From: an uncultured Candidatus Saccharibacteria bacterium
GTDB lineage: Bacteria; Patescibacteriota; Minisyncoccia; Phycocordibacterales; PALSA-1337
Assembly (NCBI GenBank): GCA_964412585.1
Contig: CAYPPJ010000004.1
Coordinates: 9,825-73,824, forward strand
Length of the DNA: 64,000 nt
Direction: 5' to 3'
In this document: piece after piece, positions 56,210 to 64,000 of the stretch
How positions within the stretch are numbered: the first letter of the stretch is position 1
How the letters are laid out: the number at the start of each line of letters is the position of its first letter
Notes under the pieces: model-generated
What the model saw: only the letters and a program-made list of their open reading frames with translations
Told to the model about the DNA's origin: nothing
Database searches by the model: none
Program-made: the position numbers and the translations under genes

Positions 56210-57499
56210 TTATTTCTTCAACAATGCATTCTTGTCATACACACTCGCTGCATTCCACAGCATCCAGCTCGTTAGTCCAACATCATATGTTGCCTGAATC
56301 TGTTTGCGGACCATTTCTGGCGTATATATCGCGCCCAGGTCAAACGCCTGCAACCATGGTCTCAACTTATTTTTGTCATACGTCTTTTTTGTATACAGCT
56401 GAGGACTTGTTGACGCGATCGGTTCTTCTGCGAGCAACAAAGATTTTGTCGTTGTTGAAAGTGCTTTTTTAACCGCACTCGACATCGACGAATAAATAAT
56501 CTCGTACGGATGCTGGGCAGGTTTTGCATAGCCATCAAAGCCTGGACCAAAATGAGATGGATAGACCATTGGTGCCACATAATCAAATGAATCAAGTGCG
56601 TACTCGAGTATCTGTCCGATACCCAAGTCGCCTTCCGCACTAGTCGTCAGGCCGAATAGGTCAGCTGATATTGGGATGCCAGAGCCAACAAACTCATGGT
56701 GCATAAATGCGTAAAAATCTTTGATGATCTCCGTTCGTTGACGCCCTTCGGCCCAGCTGTATGAAATGTCCTCCAAATTTCCATCTGATGGAAAACGAAT
56801 GTAATCGAAGTTAAGCTCATCAAATCCGGCAGCATACGCTTCACGACCAATACGCGCAGCATATTCCCACACCGGCTTGGCTCCCGCATCAAGCCATTTG
56901 ACTCCTTTGAAATCTTTCCAAACCCCCCCTTCTTTTGTTTTGACTGCCCACTCAGGATGCACATTCATCATGTATGAATCTTGAAATACTGAGATACGCC
57001 CGATAACATAGACGTTCTTTTTGTGGAGCTTATCAATAAACTCTTTGATATCCGGAATACGATTTTCTGATGCTCCAATCTTCGCTAGTTCTGGATCCTC
57101 AACGTTGAAACTGATGCGTCCTGTGTAATCTTTGACATCTATCACCACAGCATTTACCTCGGTAGTATCGACAAGATCAAACAAGTGAGGACGAAACTTT
57201 GAACTTCCCGCCGCCCAGCTCGACATGTAGATACCTTTGAGCGGTTCAGGCGTATTGACATGAGTAACCACAAACGCTGGCGGCGTTGTCGAAGCAGTCG
57301 CCAAAGTCGAAGAGGCGTTGAGGACAGTTGCCGTTGTTGATGTGGCAGCCAACGACCCATTGAGTCCGATTGAGGAGTATGAAATAGAGCCCATTGGCAA
57401 AAACCATGCAACAAAGAAGCCTGCAACTACTATGACAAAAGCGGCGAAAATAATCGTCGTCGCCCGAGTCGCGCCGATCTCACGCCACAACTCTCTCAT
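56210..57499 (-). CDS. Signal-anchored putative glycoside hydrolase (DUF4015 / GH-like TIM barrel)
   Basis: N-terminal TM anchor followed by GIYMSSWAAGSSKFRPHLFDLVDTTEVNAVVIDVKDYTGRISFNV, which resembles the putative-glycosyl-hydrolase DUF4015 family. Confidence 0.5.
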   Translation of the reverse strand: MRELWREIGATRATTIIFAAFVIVVAGFFVAWFLPMGSISYSSIGLNGSLAATSTTATVLNASSTLATASTTPPAFVVTHVNTPEPLKGIYMSSWAAGSSKFRPHLFDLVDTTEVNAVVIDVKDYTGRISFNVEDPELAKIGASENRIPDIKEFIDKLHKKNVYVIGRISVFQDSYMMNVHPEWAVKTKEGGVWKDFKGVKWLDAGAKPVWEYAARIGREAYAAGFDELNFDYIRFPSDGNLEDISYSWAEGRQRTEIIKDFYAFMHHEFVGSGIPISADLFGLTTSAEGDLGIGQILEYALDSFDYVAPMVYPSHFGPGFDGYAKPAQHPYEIIYSSMSSAVKKALSTTTKSLLLAEEPIASTSPQLYTKKTYDKNKLRPWLQAFDLGAIYTPEMVRKQIQATYDVGLTSWMLWNAASVYDKNALLKK

Positions 57500-57810
57500 G
57501 AGGACATTGAATCAGAGCTGCTAATCGTGCTTGTCGTTCCTGATGACGTCAAAGCTGGAGCAGTATCGGCGGTATTCATCGATTCGGACGTTGAAACCTT
57601 CTGTCCCGAAGGTTTTGGTGATTTGTGTTCAGTGTACGTCACCCGTTCCGATGCAACCGGTTTTGCTGGTGGTTTAAATTTGAATGCAATGATAATAATC
57701 AGCACACCAACGACCAACCCAAAAATTTTATCCCACTCTGGCGGAAATCCAAGAAACAAAAATACCATAACCCAGACACCCAGTATGATAAGAAATTGGC
57801 GTTTTGACAT
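57496..57810 (-). CDS. Small membrane protein with a Ser/Thr-rich C-terminal tail
   Basis: ORF 57496..58044 trimmed to MSKRQFLIILGVWVMVFLFLGF. It makes an ATGA overlap with the downstream hydrolase gene. Confidence 0.45.
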   Translation of the reverse strand: MSKRQFLIILGVWVMVFLFLGFPPEWDKIFGLVVGVLIIIIAFKFKPPAKPVASERVTYTEHKSPKPSGQKVSTSESMNTADTAPALTSSGTTSTISSSDSMSS

Positions 57811-58302
57811 GTGGCTAGTATAGCGCAAAGTGCTATGATTGTGCCAGAAGTCACATCTGCCATGAAAACATCGAGCTCCCTTCTCATTGAGCCTGATGTC
57901 ATCCCCTTCTATAGAACGGAGGCGGTAGTCAGGCTGTACAAACGGCAAATCTGGTACGCTGGATTTTGCTGGAAAATACGCTTTGGCGAAAAATCGATTC
58001 GACTCTGGATCGACCCGTACATCAAATTCGGACTCGGCCATCAAGCTATTCCAGGCTATCCGGACACCTGTCTATTCAGTGAAAAAGATTGGGTCCTTCC
58101 AGATAGTCTGAGAACCAACGAGCGTCCTTTTGAACTAGCACACTGCGTTCCTGTTCACACGGAGCATCAGGACCCCAGAGTGCTCATCTGCTCATTCACC
58201 GACGGAACACTGATCATATCCCAGCGATACGATGATATGCGTATGGCTCGTGATCAATTCCACATTCACCCGATCGACGTCTTTGATCGTCACACACGTT
58301 AG
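57811..58302 (+). CDS. Hypothetical protein (start uncertain; internal Mets at 57835 and 57862)
   Basis: 163-aa ORF convergent with rsmI. The ATG abuts the divergent gene's start, so a later Met is more likely. Confidence 0.3.
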   Translation: MASIAQSAMIVPEVTSAMKTSSSLLIEPDVIPFYRTEAVVRLYKRQIWYAGFCWKIRFGEKSIRLWIDPYIKFGLGHQAIPGYPDTCLFSEKDWVLPDSLRTNERPFELAHCVPVHTEHQDPRVLICSFTDGTLIISQRYDDMRMARDQFHIHPIDVFDRHTR

Positions 58303-58351
58303 CCGCGGCATCGTCTGGCGAGCGCGGCCATTTTATATAGCTCTCAACAAT

Positions 58352-59065
58352 CTATTTCGATACCATAACAACAAACTCTCCTTTTATTTTTTCGGGATGT
58401 TCTTCAAAATAATCAGCAACTTCCTTTGCAGTTCCCTGCACAACCTCTTCAAATATTTTGGTCAGTTCGCGACAAATAGTAACTTGCTTTGGCGCCGAGT
58501 TATCCGAATTGCCACTCAGATGTTCCTGGAGACTGACCAGTGTTTTCATAATACGGTGTGGCGATTCGTAAAATACCATTGTCCGTTCTGCAGCAGCAAT
58601 CTCTTTGAATAATGTCTCGCGTCCCTTTTTATGTGGTAAAAAACCAAGAAACGTAAAGTCGGCACAGGATACGCCCGCGATCGAAAGTGCCGAAGTAAGC
58701 GCTGATGGACCAGGAATAGCTTCAATCTTAATTTCTTTATTCCTAATCTCATTTGCCAATTCATGACGGACCCTCTTCACGAGCTCCGAACCAGGATCGG
58801 AAATTCCGGGTGTGCCAGCATCGGAAACCAGTGCTAGATTTTTTCCTTCTTTCAAAGAGACAATAATTTCATCGACACGCGACAGTGTGCTGTGTGCATG
58901 ATATGAAATGGTCTTTTTGTTGAGTGAATGATGATCCAAAAGTTTTTTTGTGACGCGTGTATCCTCACAGAGAATGATGTCAGCAGCAGCAAGTACGTTC
59001 AATGCGCGCAGTGTGATATCTTCGAGGTTACCTATAGGCGTCGCAATAATGGAGAGAGTAGACAT
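58352..59065 (-). CDS. rsmI: 16S rRNA (cytidine1402-2-prime-O)-methyltransferase RsmI
   Basis: LSIIATPIGNLEDITLRALNVLAAADIILCEDTR tetrapyrrole-methylase-fold signature. Start trimmed to MSTLSII. Confidence 0.85.
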   Translation of the reverse strand: MSTLSIIATPIGNLEDITLRALNVLAAADIILCEDTRVTKKLLDHHSLNKKTISYHAHSTLSRVDEIIVSLKEGKNLALVSDAGTPGISDPGSELVKRVRHELANEIRNKEIKIEAIPGPSALTSALSIAGVSCADFTFLGFLPHKKGRETLFKEIAAAERTMVFYESPHRIMKTLVSLQEHLSGNSDNSAPKQVTICRELTKIFEEVVQGTAKEVADYFEEHPEKIKGEFVVMVSK

Positions 59066-59190
59066 GACTGCAGTGTATACGGAGATGAGAAAAATGCAAG
59101 AATCTACTCCGCATGACGTCCACAATTTCGTAATATCTCAAGCGTTCGGTCAATTAGAATAATCTTGTTTTATCTGCTACATTAAACCTC

Positions 59191-60408
59191 ATGAAACTCC
59201 CTAAACCCATTACCTATATTACGAGAGACCTTGAGCGAGCTATTGGTATGGATCCGTCAGCAGATTACACCATCGTCGCCAACAAGACTCCCTACGCCGA
59301 AAAGTATGCCTCACGATTCCCTGAAGGTAGTGTAATCCTCGTAAACGGCACCACTGAAGATGGCGTCCTCGGGACTCGCGAACTGATGGACCATCCTCTT
59401 GTCAAAGACAAGCTCGCCGCACGGCCAAACGATATTTTGGTGTTCAAAAATACCGCACGTGTTGAAGAGGCTGCCACAAAAAACGGTCTGCGTCTCCTGA
59501 ATCCAAAGGCTCTCCTTTCAGAAACCGTCGAAAACAAAATGTCTCAGATTGAATGGCTCGGTGAGCTCGGCAAAAAGTATTTGCCTCACCACATTATTAT
59601 GCCTGCAAAAAATCTCGCATGGATGGGCGAACCATTTATCGTACAGTGGGCGCATGGTCACACCGGTGGCGGTACCCTTCTTATCAATTCCGAAGCCCAG
59701 CTCAAAGAGATTCAGCAAAAGTTTCCGTACCGTGTCACCCGTCGTACCACCTATATCCACGGTCCTTCATTTACCGTCAATGCGATCGTTGCGGCAGACA
59801 AGATTCTTGTAGGAAATATTAGTTATCAAATCACCGGCATCGCACCATTCACCGACAATCAGTTCAGCACGGTGGGCAACGACTGGGGGGCAACTCATAG
59901 TCTTCTCAACGCAGTTGAAGTTGAGTTTATCGAAACAATGGCGAGCGACATCGGCAAGAAGCTCAACATTGCCGGCTGGCGCGGCCTCTATGGTGTCGAT
60001 ATTATTCGTGATGATACAACAGGCACTATTCATCTGATCGAGATAAATGCCCGCCAACCCGCATCAACTAGTTTCGAATCATATTTGCAAAATGAAAATA
60101 GATTGGCCGGTGTCAAAGGCATCACCACTTTTGAAGCGCACCTCAAAGCTCTTCTTGGCGAAAAGATAGACGAGCCACTCATACCAATAAATGACGGTGC
60201 ACAGATTGTTCAGCGTGTTACCAAGAATGTAAAAGCCGTTTCGACAGAAAAAATTACCGCACTCGAATCACTCGGCTACAATATTGCCATCTATCCAAAT
60301 ACTGACATGAATGAGGATTTGGTCCGCATTCAAGGTGCACGCGGTATCATCGAGACTCATGGGGTTTTCAATGCTCGAGGCAAAGAGATCGTTGAGAAGA
60401 TTTCGTAA
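59191..60408 (+). CDS. ATP-grasp domain protein
   Basis: GWRGLYGVDIIRDDTTGTIHLIEINARQPAST matches the ATP-grasp C-terminal subdomain; 405 aa. Confidence 0.65.
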   Translation: MKLPKPITYITRDLERAIGMDPSADYTIVANKTPYAEKYASRFPEGSVILVNGTTEDGVLGTRELMDHPLVKDKLAARPNDILVFKNTARVEEAATKNGLRLLNPKALLSETVENKMSQIEWLGELGKKYLPHHIIMPAKNLAWMGEPFIVQWAHGHTGGGTLLINSEAQLKEIQQKFPYRVTRRTTYIHGPSFTVNAIVAADKILVGNISYQITGIAPFTDNQFSTVGNDWGATHSLLNAVEVEFIETMASDIGKKLNIAGWRGLYGVDIIRDDTTGTIHLIEINARQPASTSFESYLQNENRLAGVKGITTFEAHLKALLGEKIDEPLIPINDGAQIVQRVTKNVKAVSTEKITALESLGYNIAIYPNTDMNEDLVRIQGARGIIETHGVFNARGKEIVEKIS

Positions 60409-60436
60409 ATTACTCACTGCACGCTAAAATAGGCTC

Positions 60437-61213
60437 ATGAATACCAAAATCCTCTCCAACCGAGCCCTTTCTGTTATCGATCAGTACCTCAATTTCAAGG
60501 TAGGACCTGCAGTGTGCTCGGTTCCTTATTTCAACAATAAAACTGCCAAACTTCGTGGCGCACTCGCGGTACATGCAGGCAAAGGAAGTCCGAAAGAAAT
60601 ATGTGAGGAAGTCCAATCCATTTTGCTCAAAGCACATACGACAGAAGACTCTCTTACTTCTGAATCACTCAAAAAAATTCTTGCTGATAATACTATTGGC
60701 ATCGATTGTTCTGGCTTTGCCTACTATGTTCTCAACGCGGAAAGTGAGGAGGCTGGAAAAGGACCGCTCGACAAGCACATCTCTTTTGTTCAAGCGACCG
60801 GATTATTTAGAAAATTGATTGCCTCATGGCGTCCTGTCGGAAATGTTGGAGTATCGACACTGGCTCACAACAACAATAGCCACATCATCAATCTTAAGGA
60901 CATCCAGCCTGGATCTCTCATCACGATGATCAACGACGCCGAAGAAAGCGAGCGTGACCACATTCTCGTCATCCATCAAGTTGAATACCAAAACTTCATT
61001 CCCTACAAACTCCACTATTCACATGCTGTCGCCTATCCCGAAGATGGCATTTACGGCACCGGCATCAAGCAAGGAACTATTGAGATAACCGATATAAACA
61101 AACCAGTCACCGAACAAGTCTGGACCGAAAATGGTCGACAAGGCGAGGCCAATCGTATTTTTCAAAGGGCCCTCAAATCAAAAACCGAGATTCGCAAACT
61201 CAACTGGTGGTAA
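60437..61213 (+). CDS. Hypothetical protein
   Basis: 258 aa with no recognisable motif. Confidence 0.45.
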   Translation: MNTKILSNRALSVIDQYLNFKVGPAVCSVPYFNNKTAKLRGALAVHAGKGSPKEICEEVQSILLKAHTTEDSLTSESLKKILADNTIGIDCSGFAYYVLNAESEEAGKGPLDKHISFVQATGLFRKLIASWRPVGNVGVSTLAHNNNSHIINLKDIQPGSLITMINDAEESERDHILVIHQVEYQNFIPYKLHYSHAVAYPEDGIYGTGIKQGTIEITDINKPVTEQVWTENGRQGEANRIFQRALKSKTEIRKLNWW

Positions 61214-61305
61214 GCGCGTAACAACACCTATTTTAATTGCCGAGGACTGTCTGAGCGAAGCGAGTTCCGCAGGCAGATTAAAATAGGTGTTGTGGAGCGC
61301 GTAAC
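61214..61305. mobile_element. MITE-like element C: 17-21-bp inverted arms (ACAACACCTATTTTAAT / ATTAAAATAGGTGTTGT) around a 39-nt centre, flanked by 9-bp direct repeats GCGCGTAAC (61214-61222 and 61297-61305)
   Basis: Read directly from the sequence. The direct repeats look like a target-site duplication. The element sits between a stop codon and the mraY start. Confidence 0.45.
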
Positions 61306-61353
61306 CTCCAATTACATTAGGCGAATTGCTGTTTTTGTGGTACTTTATATCGC

Positions 61354-62484
61354 ATGATAAGCATCCTAGAGGGCACAGCCGACCTCTCATACATCATCAG
61401 TTTTGCCCTTGCCGGCGCTGTAGTAGCCTACCTTTTAGCGCCTTTACTGACGCGTATTTTGTTTCGTTTCCATATTATCAAAGGCACCAAGACCGAGCTC
61501 GCCCATCTCGGCTCCCACGCGTACAAAGCGACCACCCCTGTTATGGGCGGCCTGCTTGTTGTCGTGACCGTAGCTCTCATTACCTATTTCTTCAACTGGA
61601 ATCGTTCCTTCACCTACGTTCCTATAGGTGTCATGATCATTTCTGCAGCTCTCGGTGCGATCGACGACCTTCTCAATATCTACGGTTCAGAACGTCGTTC
61701 ACGCAAGCTCGGTCACATCATCAATCTTATTCGAGTCCATAGCGACTGGAAGATGCGCGTCTGGTACGTTATTACTTTTCCCTGGAGTGCGTTCAAACGT
61801 CTCTCTGTGTGGTTTGGATCACGTACAAGCAAAGGCGTTTTTGTCCATGAAAAACTGATCCTGCAATTCATCGCAGGAGCTATTGCAGCCTGGTGGATTT
61901 ATTCCAAGCTCGGCCCGGCGTGGCACTATATTTACATACCATTTATTCCGACCGGATTTGATTTGGGCTGGATTGTCATCCCCGTCATCATCTTCGTGGT
62001 CATGTTCACGGCAAATGCGGTCAATATTGCAGACGGTATGGATGGATTGGCTGGCGGCATGCTCATCACCACATTCATGGCACTCTGTATTCTTTCATGG
62101 ATTAACGGTTTTGGTGAAATCGCAATCCTGAATGCAACTGTAGCAGGAGCACTTGTCGCCTATACGTATTTTAATATCAAACCCGCGCGATTCATGATGG
62201 GTGACGTAGGCAGTCTCGGCCTTGGTGCACTTCTTGCGGTAAATGCCTTGGCAATTGGTGAACTTATTCCTCTTTTGTTTATTGGTTCAATGTTCTATAT
62301 CGAGGCACTCTCCGTGGTCATTCAGGTAATCTCCCGATATACACTCGGCCGCAAGGTTTTCAAAATGGCACCAATACATCACCACTTCGAACTCCTTGGC
62401 TGGACCGAAGAAAAAACAGTCATGCGCTTCTGGGTAGTACATTTTATCTTCGTCGTATTCGGATTCTGGCTTGCGCTTCACTAA
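61354..62484 (+). CDS. mraY: Phospho-N-acetylmuramoyl-pentapeptide transferase
   Basis: KATTPVMGGLLVV (the KxxTPTMGG motif) and NAVNIADGMDGLAGG; 376 aa and polytopic. Confidence 0.85.
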   Translation: MISILEGTADLSYIISFALAGAVVAYLLAPLLTRILFRFHIIKGTKTELAHLGSHAYKATTPVMGGLLVVVTVALITYFFNWNRSFTYVPIGVMIISAALGAIDDLLNIYGSERRSRKLGHIINLIRVHSDWKMRVWYVITFPWSAFKRLSVWFGSRTSKGVFVHEKLILQFIAGAIAAWWIYSKLGPAWHYIYIPFIPTGFDLGWIVIPVIIFVVMFTANAVNIADGMDGLAGGMLITTFMALCILSWINGFGEIAILNATVAGALVAYTYFNIKPARFMMGDVGSLGLGALLAVNALAIGELIPLLFIGSMFYIEALSVVIQVISRYTLGRKVFKMAPIHHHFELLGWTEEKTVMRFWVVHFIFVVFGFWLALH

Positions 62485-63146
62485 TGAACTACCTCCACTG
62501 GCAAGAAAAAACCATCACCGATTTTTCCGACAAGAATGTCTCGGCGCTCTATGATAGTGGCTACGTCTTTACCCGTATAGGCAAAGGCGTTATGCACCAA
62601 ACCAGAAGCGTCCGTATTGATTTGTCAAAATTCAAGCTCTCAAGTGAAAATAGGCGCATTCTTAGGAAGACTGGCAGCGCAGAATTGATTCCTGCACAAT
62701 TACCTGTTAAACGTTACTTTCCTTCATTGGGAAAGCTTGCCAAAGATTTCTATGACACCAAATTCGGTCCCGGTATCATGAGCGCACAAAAAATCAAAGA
62801 AATGCTGACCGATCCGCTTAAAAGCAATTTCAATCTCAATCTCATATATCCTTTTAATAGTGTCCCTTGTGGTTATACAATCTGTTATGCGAACCAGGAG
62901 ATGATCCATTACTCGTACCCATTCTATGATCTCGGTACGGCGCCCAAAGATATGGGTCTCGGCATGATGATTCGCGCCATCGAGTACGCCAAGAATGCCA
63001 GCATGAAATATATTTACCTCGGATCACTCCAGCGCCCTGGTGATACCTACAAACTCCAGTTCACCGGTCTCCAATGGTTTGACGGAACAGAGTGGTCTAC
63101 TGATGAGAAGAAGGTACGCGAATTACTTGCCGAGAATCGAAGCTAA
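62484..63146 (+). CDS. Aminoacyl-tRNA--protein transferase family protein (Bpt/ATE1-like GNAT fold), tentative
   Basis: Pattern SGYVFTRIG...QTRSVRIDLSKFKLSSENRRILRK and C-terminal KYIYLGSL...YKLQF resemble the ATE_N/ATE_C motifs of bacterial Bpt. The usual N-terminal Cys cluster is absent. Confidence 0.4.
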   Translation: MNYLHWQEKTITDFSDKNVSALYDSGYVFTRIGKGVMHQTRSVRIDLSKFKLSSENRRILRKTGSAELIPAQLPVKRYFPSLGKLAKDFYDTKFGPGIMSAQKIKEMLTDPLKSNFNLNLIYPFNSVPCGYTICYANQEMIHYSYPFYDLGTAPKDMGLGMMIRAIEYAKNASMKYIYLGSLQRPGDTYKLQFTGLQWFDGTEWSTDEKKVRELLAENRS

Positions 63147-63623
63147 TACATCTTGCCAGCTGTTGACTACAGTCACTTGTGGTAAGAATTCCTTGAACTC
63201 TTCAACCTCTTTATGATCCGGCTGAAATAAAAATAGATGCGGTGTTGATGTGATCATATGACTCAACACCTCGAGTCGATCATCGATGAAATGTGTAATG
63301 TGCAACTTTCGACAGACTGCATCTTTTTCATGCCGCTCTCGTACAAAGAATACGTTACCTGGGTTAATCCCTGTTTGTTCATAGAAATGGTTGTCGGTAA
63401 GCCATGAGAGAATTTTCTGTTGGGCCCATTCTGTACATTTTGAAATAAGATATACCTGCCCATCAAAATGGCCAGTGAGTTTTTTGAGGGCCTCAAACGC
63501 ACCTTCAGTTGCAGGTATGGTTGAATACCGTTCTTCGTGAAGTGTAGTATCTTTTGGATCAGATAGACGGTGGTTAATTATGACGTTACCTATATCAACA
63601 CCAAGTGCCTGAGGGGATTTCAT
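63123..63623 (-). CDS. HAD-superfamily 5-prime(3-prime)-deoxyribonucleotidase-like (NT5C-type) protein
   Basis: N-terminal LGVDIGNVII (a DxD-like motif I) and IDDRLEVL; 166 aa. Confidence 0.55.
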   Translation of the reverse strand: MKSPQALGVDIGNVIINHRLSDPKDTTLHEERYSTIPATEGAFEALKKLTGHFDGQVYLISKCTEWAQQKILSWLTDNHFYEQTGINPGNVFFVRERHEKDAVCRKLHITHFIDDRLEVLSHMITSTPHLFLFQPDHKEVEEFKEFLPQVTVVNSWQDVLASILGK

Positions 63624-63640
63624 CGCGCAATAGTATCATG

Positions 63641-63676
63641 ATTTATTTGATAAAAAAATGCCCGGCACGACTCTTC
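63641..63676 (-). terminator. Intrinsic terminator GCCCGGCACGA-loop-TCGTGCGCGGGC followed by a U-run on the minus strand
   Basis: GC-rich stem preceded by an A-run on the plus strand. Confidence 0.55.
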
Positions 63677-63685
63677 GTGCGCGGG

Positions 63686-64000
63686 CTAACAAATACAACT
63701 ACTTTCAATTTCTTCCCAAGTCTGTACCGTGCGGACGTATGCAAGCGCGCCAGTATATTTGAATTGCTCAACCTCACGCAACTGAGGACGAAACAAAAAC
63801 AAATACGGGACGACGCCGACAAAATGACTCAATACCTCAAGACGATCATCCACGACCACTGTGGTGCCATAGCGCAGTGTTGTACGCTGCTCGATGTGCG
63901 GAGTCTTATCGCGACCATTCAAGGTGCGACACACTCTATTCTCTGGGATTCCGGTGTGTTCGGAAAACCGTGTATGGCGAAGCCAACCAGTTATTTTTTC
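63686..64000 (-). CDS. NT5C-like HAD protein, tandem paralog of 63123..63623, partial (N-terminus beyond the window end)
   Basis: VVDDRLEVLSHFVGVVPYLFLFRPQLREVEQFK aligns with IDDRLEVLSHMITSTPHLFLFQPDHKEVEEFK of the neighbouring gene. The frame stays open to the window end. Confidence 0.5.
   Translation of the reverse strand, partial: EKITGWLRHTRFSEHTGIPENRVCRTLNGRDKTPHIEQRTTLRYGTTVVVDDRLEVLSHFVGVVPYLFLFRPQLREVEQFKYTGALAYVRTVQTWEEIESSCIC

Noticed and set aside
56122-56472. 116-aa plus-strand ORF
   Set aside because: It overlaps the 3-prime end of the well-supported minus-strand hydrolase gene and starts inside hairpin element B. It has no features of a real protein.
1-64000. CRISPR arrays, tRNA or rRNA genes
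   Set aside because: No regularly spaced short direct repeats were found. No tRNA-like T-arm (GTTCGA or GTTCAA in a 5-bp stem context) or acceptor-stem structures were found in any intergenic region. No rRNA-like conserved blocks were found.

Overview
The window reads as a moderately low-GC (about 45%) bacterial chromosome segment with compact gene spacing and many short proteins. Gene content looks like the Candidate Phyla Radiation (Patescibacteria), but that is inference only. Housekeeping genes are present: gatB, obg, secA (with its SEC-C zinc tail), murB, rsmI and mraY. A long minus-strand operon also carries four NUDIX hydrolases, an AI-2E transporter and a lone membrane-anchored substrate-binding protein. 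The dominant feature is a roughly 40-kb surface-glycan biosynthesis supercluster (14.6-53.5 kb). It encodes a complete-looking nonulosonic (sialic-acid-like) acid pathway: a NeuC-like hydrolysing 2-epimerase, two NeuB-like synthases, two CMP-sugar cytidylyltransferases, a KdsC-type phosphatase and a class-III aminotransferase. It also encodes WecB, NAD-dependent epimerases, a Wzx flippase, a GtrA-like protein, a UGM-like flavoprotein, eight clear glycosyltransferases plus three GT-B-like unknowns, and six SAM methyltransferases. One end is a large TPR-containing polytopic membrane protein that may be an O-antigen-ligase or oligosaccharyltransferase; the promoter-proximal gene of the long minus-strand run is a cytoplasmic TraD/VirD4-like P-loop ATPase. 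Three short GC-rich islands (26.9-29.2 kb, 38.8-39.3 kb, 55.5-56.0 kb) look horizontally acquired. The most unusual non-coding signals are two long perfect hairpins (14.27-14.38 kb and 56.09-56.20 kb) with unrelated arms but a shared 17-nt core, a MITE-like insertion flanked by 9-bp direct repeats in front of mraY, and a promoter-plus-terminator-bounded leader or small RNA between murB and secA. At the left end a membrane-anchored protein with two tandem MerR/excisionase-type HTH domains sits next to a perfect palindrome and two secreted proteins. No rRNA, tRNA or CRISPR array was recognised.
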